Below, piece by piece: positions 48,466 through 59,938 of a stretch of 64,000 nucleotides of DNA. The DNA is from Macrostomum lignano (taxonomy: Eukaryota). Where the stretch lies: assembly GCA_002269645.1 (NCBI GenBank), contig NIVC01000070.1, forward strand, positions 992,001-1,056,000, in the 5' to 3' direction. The translations under genes were made by a program, and so were the position numbers. The notes beneath the pieces are model-generated. The model was not told the DNA's origin. It did not search any database and saw nothing but the letters and a program-made list of their open reading frames with translations. Each line of letters begins with the position of its first letter. Position 1 is the first letter of the stretch.

Positions 48466-49800
48466 CGTAATCAATTTTAGTCAGAAGTACCGGTCATGTG
48501 ACTTAAGCCCCGCCTATTCTATACGAGTCCACAGCAATGCAATCTGACTGTCAATACTGTTTATATTTCGTATTTGTTTATCGAATTTTTGCATTACCCT
48601 GTCTGTTACGCCCCTGTGCAATGTTTATAAATTGATCCTTAATTTAAATTTGCGCACACCGCTTTACATAATGCTATCATACTACTGATGCTGTCCATTC
48701 TGAGTAGTCTGTCATATTTTTGTGTATGAACGCTTTACTAATTAAACCGTTATAATTATCAAGCCATTGCCCCATTGCGCATGCATGTCTCTCTAATGCA
48801 GGCATTTCCTATTCCATAAATGCGCGATTTCATTGTTGCTTTTTTCAGAATTTATCTATTCTGAAAACTTTTCTTTAATAAAAACTTCGGGCACACCTGA
48901 AGTATACTACTAGTAGATAGTTATGCGCGTTTAAATTAATACATACAGAGCCATCCTGCTTTTAACGCGTTTTTTGTTTCTTTACTTTTGTACAAACAGA
49001 TTGTGTAACCAACCTACTCATTAACAAGGCCTGCTGTTGTATTTTAGGTTACCTGTGTAGCATGTCTCTGTTGTAGTTCACTTTATTGTCTAAAACTATA
49101 TTTATTTCTTAGTTATATCATTTCCAACCCGAAGTTAATCGTCTGTACAGATCTGTTAAAATTGTCCCGAGTGTTCAGTTCTGCATTCTCTCTGTAAGTA
49201 GTATCTGTTGCTTATGCACGCTCCTCTTAACTGTTAATTCTATCACATTTGCAATTAATGTAAAATCTATCTTAACTCTAATCTAAAAAATATATATGAT
49301 AAAATTAAATCTGTGCAAATTTTGTTTTTAAAAGCCTCGCACAAATGCGCTTACAATTATAACAAACTTATAAATTGAAGAACAATGTCAGTGTTAAGTG
49401 CTTTTTTACTTTAAGTAGCATGACTCGCGCATGCTCTCTTTATTTGCAAAGTTTTTATAATATCGATTAAAATCCTTAAAAATTTGAGATTTTGTGATTG
49501 AGCATGGTTCAATTTAAGGCATATTTGCTTACTTACATGTTAGTTGGTCGGGACAAAGTCACATAAGTGACATACCATGCATGCATTGTGCCGTGCCGTG
49601 CGGAGCCTGCCCACGGCCACTAGACTGAACACAGTGTTACATATATTTCTTCGATACATATCGCCATTGGCTGCAAAAAAACATTTTATTACGAGTATTC
49701 TTCGGGGCAGTTGCTTAACGTTTAGTGCTAAAAAATAATTTCGACTAATAACTAATGAGTTCGTTCTTATTTTGCATTGATAAGAGCAAAAAGAATTATT

Positions 49801-49872
49801 TTCCCTGACCGGGAGTCGAACCCGGGCCACCTGGGTGAAAACCAGGGATCCTAACCGCTAGACCATCAGGGA
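49801..49872 (-). tRNA. tRNA-Glu (anticodon TTC)
   Basis: 72 nt TCCCTGATGGTCTAGCGGTTAGGATCCCTGGTTTTCACCCAGGTGGCCCGGGTTCGACTCCCGGTCAGGGAA; acceptor stem TCCCTGA/TCAGGGA, anticodon stem CCTGG/CCAGG, intact A and B boxes, T5 terminator about 10 nt downstream. Confidence 0.95.
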
Positions 49873-51089
49873 CTTAGTGTGTGAGCTGGTTGAGTAGTAC
49901 TTTAAACTTACACAAGCCTTATTTTAAGTAAAAATGATTTACTTACAACTCACAACACGTTGATTGATTCGAAATTGCTATAGCAGTACCATTACTTTTA
50001 TTAGTGTACAGTCGCTTAATCTGCAAAATTATCTATTTTATCGACTTTCTATCTATTAGTATCGATCGTAGTAGTATCGTTATAGTATCAAAGTCAAAGA
50101 TAATTGTTTATAAAATTATTCCAGTGGCTGTCTGGCTTGATTGGTTATTTTGTCAATAGATTGTATTAGTATGTGTAGCTCGTATACTACTAAATCAGTT
50201 AAATTTTTAAACGAGGTTTATGATTCTACTTATTCTTGCTTTCAATTTTCATTGTTTTGTAAGTAGCCAGTAACGCGTATGCCAGCCGTTCGCTTAATAA
50301 GTATAAAAAAACTGATGGTCCATTTTTGCTTAGATTAATAAATGACATGCGCATAATGAAGCTTTTGTGTTTTAGGTTCAGTTGTATGCTACTGGGCAGC
50401 GCACAGCGGCGCACTGGCGCACAGCGGCGCACAACGGCGCACACCAGAGGACACCGGCGCATGGCGGCGCGGCGCGGCGGGCGGCGCGGCGCGACGGGCG
50501 CCGCGCCACATGCAGCGTTACCCTTGTGGCGATCCCATGTAACGATGTAAGTCGTTACTTGTTACAGTACACTATTCACTGTTCTATCTAATGTAACACT
50601 GCATTCTACCAAAAAATAAAAAATAAAATAAAATATTTTCCTTTTTCTTTTTTACCTTTGTTTTTGCCATTTGCTTACTTTTTATGTTTGTTTTGTTTTA
50701 AAAATTAGAAATTAAATTAAAAATTTTTTAAATTTCTATTTTCGGTTTAACGATCTCAATTTCTCATAATATAGATAGCCCGTAACCGTCCCGTATTAAC
50801 CATTATATTCTCTTGTCTCGTGACTCGACTCTCGTGTAACGTTTATTGAAAATATTGGCGCACAAAAATTGTTGCTATGTTGTAAAAAAAGGTCTTTTAT
50901 TGTCGCAAGGCAGGTAGTGGCGGGCGCACAACGGCGCACACGAGGGTTTTTGTGTCGGCGCACGGCGCACAATTTTGGGAGAGGCCAAAATTTGTTCCGG
51001 CGCACACTCTGCCACCTTCCTGACTATGGCTGGGTATGGGGATCAAAATTAAAATGAATACTGATTAATAAGCTGCAGTAAAAACTATA

Positions 51090-51161
51090 TTCCCTGACCG
51101 GGAGTCGAACCCGGGCCGCCTGGGTGAGAGCCAGGAATCCTAACCGCTAGACCATCAGGGA
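51090..51161 (-). tRNA. tRNA-Glu (anticodon CTC)
   Basis: 72 nt TCCCTGATGGTCTAGCGGTTAGGATTCCTGGCTCTCACCCAGGCGGCCCGGGTTCGACTCCCGGTCAGGGAA; loop CTCTCAC; T5 terminator at 51080-51084 on the minus strand. Confidence 0.95.
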
Positions 51162-51544
51162 CTGATGCTAGAGAGACGCGATTGTATGAATAAATTGTAT
51201 AAATAAATGTATGAATTGTAAGCATATAACAAAGTAATGCCTGGCCCGGGCCCAGTCCTATTCAGAACTGTACAAATACATGTAGCTAAGGAAAAAACTG
51301 CATCGAGTAGACCGAAAATACGAATGCTAGTGTTTTGGTTGCTAATTTCTATTACCAGTGTTTATATATATCACACTATCGATCGACTTCGATTGACGAT
51401 CGGCTGTCCTTTCCATTTGACCTCCAACGACCCCCAATCCCATTGATCGTCCTCGATTCACGTCGATTGACTTCAATCGACCTTATTTATTCTGCAAATT
51501 GATTCGACCCCCATAAAACAACATTGACCCCTGTCCAAACAAAA

Positions 51545-51720
51545 CTAGAGGTGCTCCGAAAGAGAGCACTTATGATTATTGATTGGCTGAGCAACGGCCT
51601 AACGACGGCCATCGGATTTTTCCTTAGCTAACGTACGCAAAGCATACATGGGTAATCAATGGTATTATTGTAACCATAGAAATTTTGCCTAAGCTACACT
51701 TTAAGAGTGAGGGATCATAG
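51545..51720 (-). mobile_element. Possible Helitron/Helentron-type 3' end
   Basis: Hairpin GTGCTC-N7-GAGCAC (51551-51569) next to CTAG (51545-51548) in a T-run target; extent unknown. Confidence 0.35.
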
Positions 51721-52805
51721 GGGCGCAGTTGCTCTAACTTGAGAAACGAGTGCGAGAAAATGCTCAAAGAGGTAGAGGAAATGAATAAAGAAAATCCTCA
51801 AGCTCTGGGAATTTCCTCCATGACCAGAGCAAATCCGCAGCCACTTTAAACCATAGACAAGACGTTTTCCCACTTTATTCTATTGACCTTTGCGTGGATC
51901 TGAAGCTTATATACCAATAGACTGGCTTGCGAGAAGGAAAACAAGGATAAATAGTCAATAGAAAAAAGCAAGCGATTTCTTTCAAGAGAAAAAAATTGAA
52001 ACACAATGGGTGTTGAGGAAGAAAACTTGTAAGAGGGATCCCCGATTACAGGGGCGTCGCAATAGATTTTATGGTTGGGGGATAAAGCCAAAAATACTTT
52101 TACATGACTATTATAGATTCCTTCTTACATTATTGGTGTTATTGGCACCCAATTTATTAGCGCCGCCGGCATTCATTTTGGCGCCGCAGGCACTCCACTT
52201 TGGCGCTGAAGGCGCTGAAGGCGCTATTTTTTAGCGCCCTAAAGCACAATTATTGATTTCCATAACGGTTCATAAGGTGGAGTGAGGAGGTTGACAAAGC
52301 ATTGGCATGTTCCCCCCATAGATTTATTCGATTTGACTTCGAATAACCTCCATTCGCCCTCTATATCGACCTCAATCCATGAAAAAGCCCACCATGCCTT
52401 AACTGCCTAGCATGTAGCTGTAATACTGTAATTCCGACCTGGCCCTGCTCGCCTCTACGGCGGAGGCTGAGGCAGCCTGGTAGCAGCTGCGGCATCGGTC
52501 GGGCTAGCGGTGAACATATCAAGAAGACGAAGGTGATGACCTGTTCCTGAGGAGCTGCCTATCAACATCACCTGACGGTCTTGTGCCCAGGCTCGGCCCA
52601 GCGGTCTTGTGCTAGGAAAGCTGATCTGGCACCGCCCTTTGGGAACTGTATTCTGCCCCCCCCCCCCACGGTGTTGCCCGAGTTGTAACTTTTGTTGCTG
52701 TAATTCCGAATTGTGTTATTAATTGAGGACAGGCCCTATGTTATTGTGCAATTGTTTATGAGATACTGGCGAAGATCCTGTTGTGAATGATATTTTAATT
52801 TTTTG

Positions 52806-53207
52806 TTTTACTGCTTGTGACAGGCATAAACGGCAAGCTACAACTATTCTTATTTATTTGTTTTACTGCTTGTGACAGGCATAAACGGCAAGCTACAACT
52901 ATTCTTATTTATTTGTTTTACTGCTTGTGACAGGCATAAACGGCAAGCTACAACTATTCTTATTTATTTGTTTTACTGCTTGTGACAGGCATAAACGGCA
53001 AGCTACAACTATTCTTATTTATTTGTTTTACTGCTTGTGACAGGCATAAACGGCAAGCTACAACTATTCTTATTTATTTGTTTTACTGCTTGTGACAGAC
53101 ATAAACGGCAAGCTACAACCATCTTATTTATTTGTTTTACTGCTTGTGACAGACATAAACGGCAAGCTACAACTATCTTATTTATTTGTTTTACTGCTTG
53201 TGACAGG
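52806..53207. repeat. 55-bp tandem repeat, about 7.3 copies, downstream of the DPYD stop
   Basis: ttttactgcttgtgacaggcataaacggcaagctacaactattcttatttatttg; period 55 (52806, 52861, 52916 and so on). Confidence 0.96.
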
Positions 53208-53714
53208 GCAACTGAAAGCTACGCGAAGAGAAGTTTACGGTAAAAAATTTATTAATAACTACGAGCGCGTAACTATAAATATTGAATAACAAACTTTTTC
53301 TAATGGTTAACCACATGTAAATGTAGCTAGGATGCCATTCTGCACTTTATTTCACAGTTAATTACTTCATGAGCATTGTCAAACGGAACGATGTAGAAAG
53401 AATATTAGAAGGATAAATTAATAAATCTGCAAAAATCAAAGATATCCTATATACCGTTGAATTGAAAGCTTACGCTCGTATTTAGATAACCTGCATTCTA
53501 CAAAGAATCGCTGGTTGATATTGAATAGAGTAAAAATGGTATTATTCTCAAATCGGAAATTGAATCTACTATTTTATCAAAGTTTTACCAGATCTTGGCG
53601 AAATCAAAGGTTACGAGAGCTTGTCAAGTATTGCAATAGGATGTACCTGTATCATTCTAATGAAAATCCAAACAATTGTTATACCGCTATCAGCTACAAA
53701 CAAATTCCGGACAC

Positions 53715-56700
53715 TCAGGCGGGACTGTCCTGAGCTGGCATGATCACCGCCGCCTGCTTCTGCTCCAGCGCAGCACCGAACGGTACGCCCCGTTTTGGCA
53801 CGTACTCGCCGACGCGGGGCACCATGGTGATGCAGTCGATGATTGGGCAGACCGAGGCGCACAGAGTGCAGCCGGTGCAGTCGTCTGTCACTCGTGGCAG
53901 ATGCGTCTCGGCGTCAAACTCGATGGCCTGGCGGTGGTGGCGGCGGGGTGGCAGTGCAGGGAATGAGTCACCCTAGACAACTCTGACCTCTGTAAGACAC
54001 CCTAGACAACTCTGACCTCTGTAAGAGTGCACCGTAGACAACTCTAACCTCTGTAAGAGTGCACCGTAGACAACTCTAACCTCTGTAAGAGTGCACCGTA
54101 GACAACTCTAACCTCTGTAAGAGTGCACCGTAGACAACTCTAACCTCTGTAAGACACCCTAGACAACTCTAACCTCTGTAAGACACCCTAGACAACTCTA
54201 ACCTCTGTAAGACACCCTAGACAACTCTAACCTCTGTAAGACACCCTAGACAACTCTAACCTCTGTAAGACACCCTAGACAACTCTAACCTCTGTAAGAC
54301 ACCCTAGACAACTCTAACCTCTGTAAGACACCCTAGACAACTCTAACCTCTGTAAGACACCCTAGACAACTCTAACCTCTGTAAGACACCCTAGACAACT
54401 CTAACCTCTGTAAGACACCCTAGACAACTCTAACCTCTGTAAGACACCCTAGACAACTCTAACCTCTGTAAGAGTGCACCCTAGACAACTCTAACCTCTG
54501 TAAGACACCCTAGACAACTCTAACCTCTGTAGGACACCCTAGACAACTCTAACCTCTGTAGGACACCCTAGACAACTCTAACCTCTGTAAGACACCCTAG
54601 ACAACTCTAACCTCTGTAAGACACCCTAGACAACTCTAACCTCTGTAAGACACCCTAGACAACTCTAATCTCTGTAAAACACCCTAGACAACTCTAATCT
54701 CTGTAAGACACCCTAGACAACTCTAATCTCTGTAAGACACCCTAGACAACTCTAATCTCTGTAAGACACCCTAGACAACTCTAACCTCTGTAAGACACCC
54801 TAGACAACTCTAACCTCTGTAAGACACCCTAGACAACTCTAACCTCTGTAAGAGTGCACCCTAGACAACTCTAACCTCTGTAAGACACCCTAGACAACTC
54901 TAACCTCTGTAAGAGTGCACCGTAGACAACTCTAACCTCTGTAAGACACCCTAGACAACTCTAACCTCTGTAAGAGTGCACCGTAGACAACTCTAACCTC
55001 TGTAAGACACCCTAGACAACTCTAACCTCTGTAAGACACCCTAGACAACTCTAACCTCTGTAAGACACCCTAGACAACTCTGACCTCTGTAAGACACCAT
55101 AGACAACTCTAACCTCTGTAAGACACCCTAGACAACTCTAACCTCTGTAAGAGTGCACCCTAGACAACTCTAACCTCTGTAAGACACCCTAGACAACTCT
55201 AACCTCTGTAAGACACCCTAGACAACTCTAACCTCTGTAAGACACCCTAGACAACTCTAACCTCTGTAAGACACCCTAGACAACTCTAACCTCTGTAAGA
55301 CACCCTAGAAAACTCTGACCTCTGTAAGACACCCTAGACAACTCTAACCTCTGTAAGACACCCTAGACAACTCTAACCTCTGTAAGACACCCTAGACAAC
55401 TCTAACCTCTGTAAGACACCCTAGACAACTCTAACCTCTGTAAGACACCCTAGACAACTCTAACCTCTGTAAGACACCCTAGACAACTCAAACCTTTGTA
55501 AGACACCCTAGACTTAGATTGTAACAGTGCACACAAGATAAGTTGACCTCTGTAAGAGTGAATCCTATAAAAATCGTCCCCACGCAAATTGTACAGTCTT
55601 TTCCTGAGAATTAAAGTACACCTATTAGCAAGAAATCGATTACCTGATATCCCGAATCGTTGCAAGTCATGTAGCACTTGCCGCAGTTGATGCACATATC
55701 GTCGTTAACCAGAGCCACCACCTGCTGCTTATTATCGAGGTCGTAGTAGTTTCCAACCAGGCCGACACTGGCGCCAACAATGTCTGAAACTTTTGGAACT
55801 GGCTTCACGACCGGCCGCTGCCTCTGGGCCAAACCGGTTGAAGCCGGGTCAGGCTTGAGTAGGTCGCGAGTTCGAAGCAGCTCGTGCTCAAGCGCTTCCC
55901 TGCGCTGCTTGTAGGGCCCAAAGGCGGGCAGGGATTGGCCGATGGCCAGCAGCGACTTGCCGCGCTGGTGCACCGGCGTTGGCGGGCTCTGGCCGGTCCA
56001 GTCCGCCAGGCCTGTTCCAGTTGAATGGGATGAATGGGGATTTAAGGTTTTCATTGGGCTCGTTTCAGTCGTTAGAACAGCTGTTGTGTGTACTGGAGAT
56101 ACGTGGTCGAAAATGCCAAAACTGTTTGGCGTCAGGCAAGGCCAGCAGTCTAGTTCTTCCAGGTGGATTAATTTTAAAGTTGCTAGAGTCTCCGAATTGG
56201 TTGCTAGGGTCTTCGAATTGGTTGCTAGGGTCTTCGAATTGGTTGCTATGGTCTCGTAGTTTGGTTGCTAGGGTCTCGTATTTTGGCTGCTAGGGTATTT
56301 TTGATTTTGGTTGCTACGGTCTCGTACTTTGGTTGCTAGGGTCTCGTGTTTTTGTTGCCAGGGTCTCGTATTTTGGTCGCTAGGGTCATCGTATTTTGGT
56401 TGCTAGGGTCTTTTTATCTTGGTCGCTAGGGTCATCGTATTTTGGTTGCTAGGGTCTTCGACTTGGTTGCTAGGGTCTCGAATTGGGTTGTTAGGTGCGC
56501 CTAATCGTTAGCTAAGAGCACCAAATATGTACAAAAGTGATTCTAGTAAAATCAACAAAAATGTGTACAATCTCATATTTTAAAAAAATAGACATCGGGC
56601 AAGAATTAATCTGTAGTTTCTCAATAAACCTACTTGCAGTAGTCAAGCCAGACAACTAGACCCCATCAGAAATTGACTCCCCCAATTTGATCATTCGATT

Positions 56701-59437
56701 TGACGGCAACATGCGCGAGCTGATAAGAGCAAGCAGCCGGTGCGAATCATAAAATTCGCGTAATAAAGTTGATAAGAATTCTTTACAACTTTCGCCCATC
56801 GGTTCTAAATTGCAAGCGGCAGAGCAGACAACCGGGAGGGGGGGGGGTAGTAGACGCCCGGATTGAGGATAAAAAATATTATTAAAGCTGTAAAAGTACG
56901 CGGTTTAAGACTTGAAAAAACACTGGATCAAGGACCACCTATTATTGGAAACTATTGGAAATATAGTATTATTGGAAATGGCCAATATCCACTTCTCTCT
57001 AATCTCCTCTCCTCTCACCTCTCCTCTTCCTTCTCTACTCCCTCCTCTCCCGTTGTCTCCTTACGTATCCTTTATTCTCTTGCCTCTTTGCTCCTACATG
57101 TATCTCTCTTCTATATCCCCTCTCTCCCCTCCTCTGGCCCGATGAAGCAGCCAAAACATTAGACACTAGACACTAGACACCCAGACACTAGACACCCAGA
57201 CACTAGACACCCAGACATTAGACACCAGCCATTAGACACCAGACATTAGACACCAGAAATTAGACACCAGACATTAGACATTAGACACCAGACATTAGAC
57301 ACCAGACATTAGAAATTAGACACCAGACATTAGACACCAGACATTAGACACCAGACATTAGACACCAGACATTAGACACCAGACTTTAGACACCAGACAT
57401 TAGACACCAGACATTAGACACCAGACATTAGACACTAGACATTAGACACCAGACATTAGACACCAGACATTAGACACCAGACATTAGACACCAGACATTA
57501 GACACCCAGACATTAGACACCCAGAGATTAGACACCAGCCATTAGACACCAGACATTAGACACAAGAAATTAGACACCAGACATTAGACACCAGACATTA
57601 GACACCAGACATTAGACACCAGACATTAGACACCAGACATTAGACACCAGACATTAGACACCAGACATTAGACACTAGACATTAGACACCAGACATTAGA
57701 CACCAGACATTAGACACCAGACATTAGACACCAGACATTAGACACCAGACATTAGACACCAGACATTAGACACTAGACATTAGACACCAGACATTAGACA
57801 CCAGACATTAGACACCAGACATTAGACACTAGACATTAGACACCAGACATTAGACACTAGACATTAGACACCAGACATTAGACACCAGACATTAGACACC
57901 CAGACACTAGACACCCAGACATTAGACACCAGCCATTAGACACCAGACATTAGACACCAGAAATTAGACACCAGATATTAGACATTAGACACCAGACATT
58001 AGACACCAGACATTAGACATTAGACACCAGACATTAGACACCAGACATTAGACACTAGACATTAGACACCAGACATTAGACACCAGACATTAGACACCAG
58101 ACTTTAGACACCAGACATTAGACACCAGACATTAGACACCAGACATTAGACACCAGACATTAGACACTAGACATTAGACACCAGACATTAGACACTAGAC
58201 ATTAGACACCAGACAGACACCAGACATTAGACACTAGACATTAGACACCAGACATTAGACATTAGACACTAGAAATTAGACACCAGACATTAGACACCAG
58301 ACATTAGACATTAGACACTAGAAATTAGACACCAGACATTAGACACCAGACATTAGACACCAGACATTAGACACCAGACATTAGACACCAGACATTAGAC
58401 ACCAGACATTAGACATTAGCAACACACGATGATGCATCAGCTGAAAGCAGATAGTAACTAAAAACAAACTGACCGAGCAGAGCTACTGAAACACTGCAGC
58501 TGAGAGGAGAAAGCTGCAGCAGAAGGCCCAGGCAATGCCAGCCTGTCAGAGCTGTCAGCCTCGCAGCCCCATCGATTTTCGGCCTCAGTTTCAGCTGCTG
58601 AGGGACACGCCGGGAGTAAAAAAATCGCCAGCGCTATGAAAGCCCATGGAGACTGGAGCACATCCCCCTCACCACTGCCACTGCCTAATCCTAGCAGGCA
58701 GAGTCCGCTAGACAGGCAGGAATGAAGTAGAAGAGAATTATTATAGATAATGCTAATTCACCGCCAAAGCTGGCTCGCTTCTTTTTCCAGTTCGCTCCGA
58801 ATTCCCCTGGCAACTGCATAACCCTAAGCGCAGGGATTGTACTAGGCGAAATCGCGCTGATTTGGGCAATTTTTGAGATCTAGCGATATGGGAAATGCAA
58901 TCCGTGTGCTCCCAACTGTCTTCCTGAGGGGATTCTGCAATGAAAGAATCCAGTTTGAAATCTGAACTCATTACTCAGGCCGCGATTCCTTGATCCGTTT
59001 TGATTTCAAATCAGTTTTTAATGAGAATTAAATTTTTGTTGAGCTTTTTTCGACGGGAACATTGCCCTAACACCCACCCCAAAGCACCCTTCCCAAACCA
59101 AACACACAAAAAACACCCACCGAAAAACACCCATCCCAAAACACCCACCCCAAAACACCCACCCCAAAACACCCACCCCAAAATACCCACCCCAAAACAC
59201 CCACCCCAAAGCACCCACCCCAAAAAACCCACCCCAAAACACCCACCCCAAAACACCCACCCCAAAACACCCACCCCAAAACACCCACCCCAAAACACCC
59301 ACCCCAAAACACCCACCCCAAAACACCCACCCCAAAGCATCCTTACCGTCCAGGGACTTCAAGTACAGCAAGGTTTTCAATCCGGTGACATAGTCGTCAA
59401 TCAAAGTGAAGTCCTGGTTCTGCACAGCGCTGCACAC
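53715..59437 (-). CDS. DPYD: Dihydropyrimidine dehydrogenase [NADP+], last three coding exons (upstream exons lie beyond the window)
   Basis: Exons 59347-59437 ([28 protein letters not shown]), 55644-56011 (DWTGQSP...FGPY...[27 protein letters not shown]) and 53715-53927 ([11 protein letters not shown]...[19 protein letters not shown], stop TGA). The two C-terminal 4Fe-4S motifs are present and GT-AG phases are consistent. Confidence 0.96.
53968..55512. repeat. 29-bp minisatellite caccctagacaactctaacctctgtaaga, about 53 copies, last DPYD intron
   Basis: Direct; occasional gtg insertion variant. Confidence 0.97.
56178..56490. repeat. Repeat of about 21-22 bp (ttttggttgctagggtctcgta), DPYD intron
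   Basis: Direct, moderately diverged. Confidence 0.88.
57157..58418. repeat. 14-bp minisatellite cattagacaccaga (7-bp subunits), about 90 copies, DPYD intron
   Basis: Direct. Confidence 0.97.
59060..59337. repeat. 14-bp C-rich repeat cacccaccccaaaa (sense strand TTTTGGGGTGGGTG), about 18 copies, next to a DPYD donor
   Basis: Direct. Confidence 0.95.
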
Positions 59438-59938
59438 CTGTGAATTTGGTATGGATATTATACAGAATTCAGACTTCAACTCGACTGCGCAAATACAATA
59501 CGAGCGGACTGAATCGACCAGCTGCCTCGTAGAAAAAAGCCAAATAGGCTGCGAAATTTCCTAACCTTGTCCAGCCAAAATGCGGTATACTAGAGAAGCC
59601 CTAGCTAATTAAAAAAGACGAGGCCTTATTGCTGGATTGCGTTTCGCGGAGGTAAGAAGGCCTCTTGTGCGTCAGGATCAGACAAATGCAAGGCGATGAG
59701 AGCTGCAGTGTGAAGGGCTGCCCAAGGTTTGGGTGCAGCTAGCTAGCTGACTATTTATCTAGCTGTCAAGGATACAGTCAAGTACAGTTAAGTTTCTATT
59801 GAAATAGTGAATAATGTCAGTTGGGAAAGATGCTAGTATGGATGCTTAGAGACCGTATTTGCATGTGAATAAATAGCGATTTAAGTATTTGTATGCTGCT
59901 AGCGGAATTGGCTACTGTATAGATAAGATTCCGGGTCC

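Noticed and set aside
50390-51025. gcggcgcac-rich GC patches and a CAGG...CCTG-bounded segment; CAGGGGCGTCGC at 52049
   Set aside because: Probably MITE fragments, but no matching TIR pair with TSD could be shown.
52806-55512. Regular 29-55-bp repeats superficially like CRISPR arrays
   Set aside because: Head-to-tail units with no unique spacers, no cas genes, eukaryotic context; the same applies to all arrays in the window.
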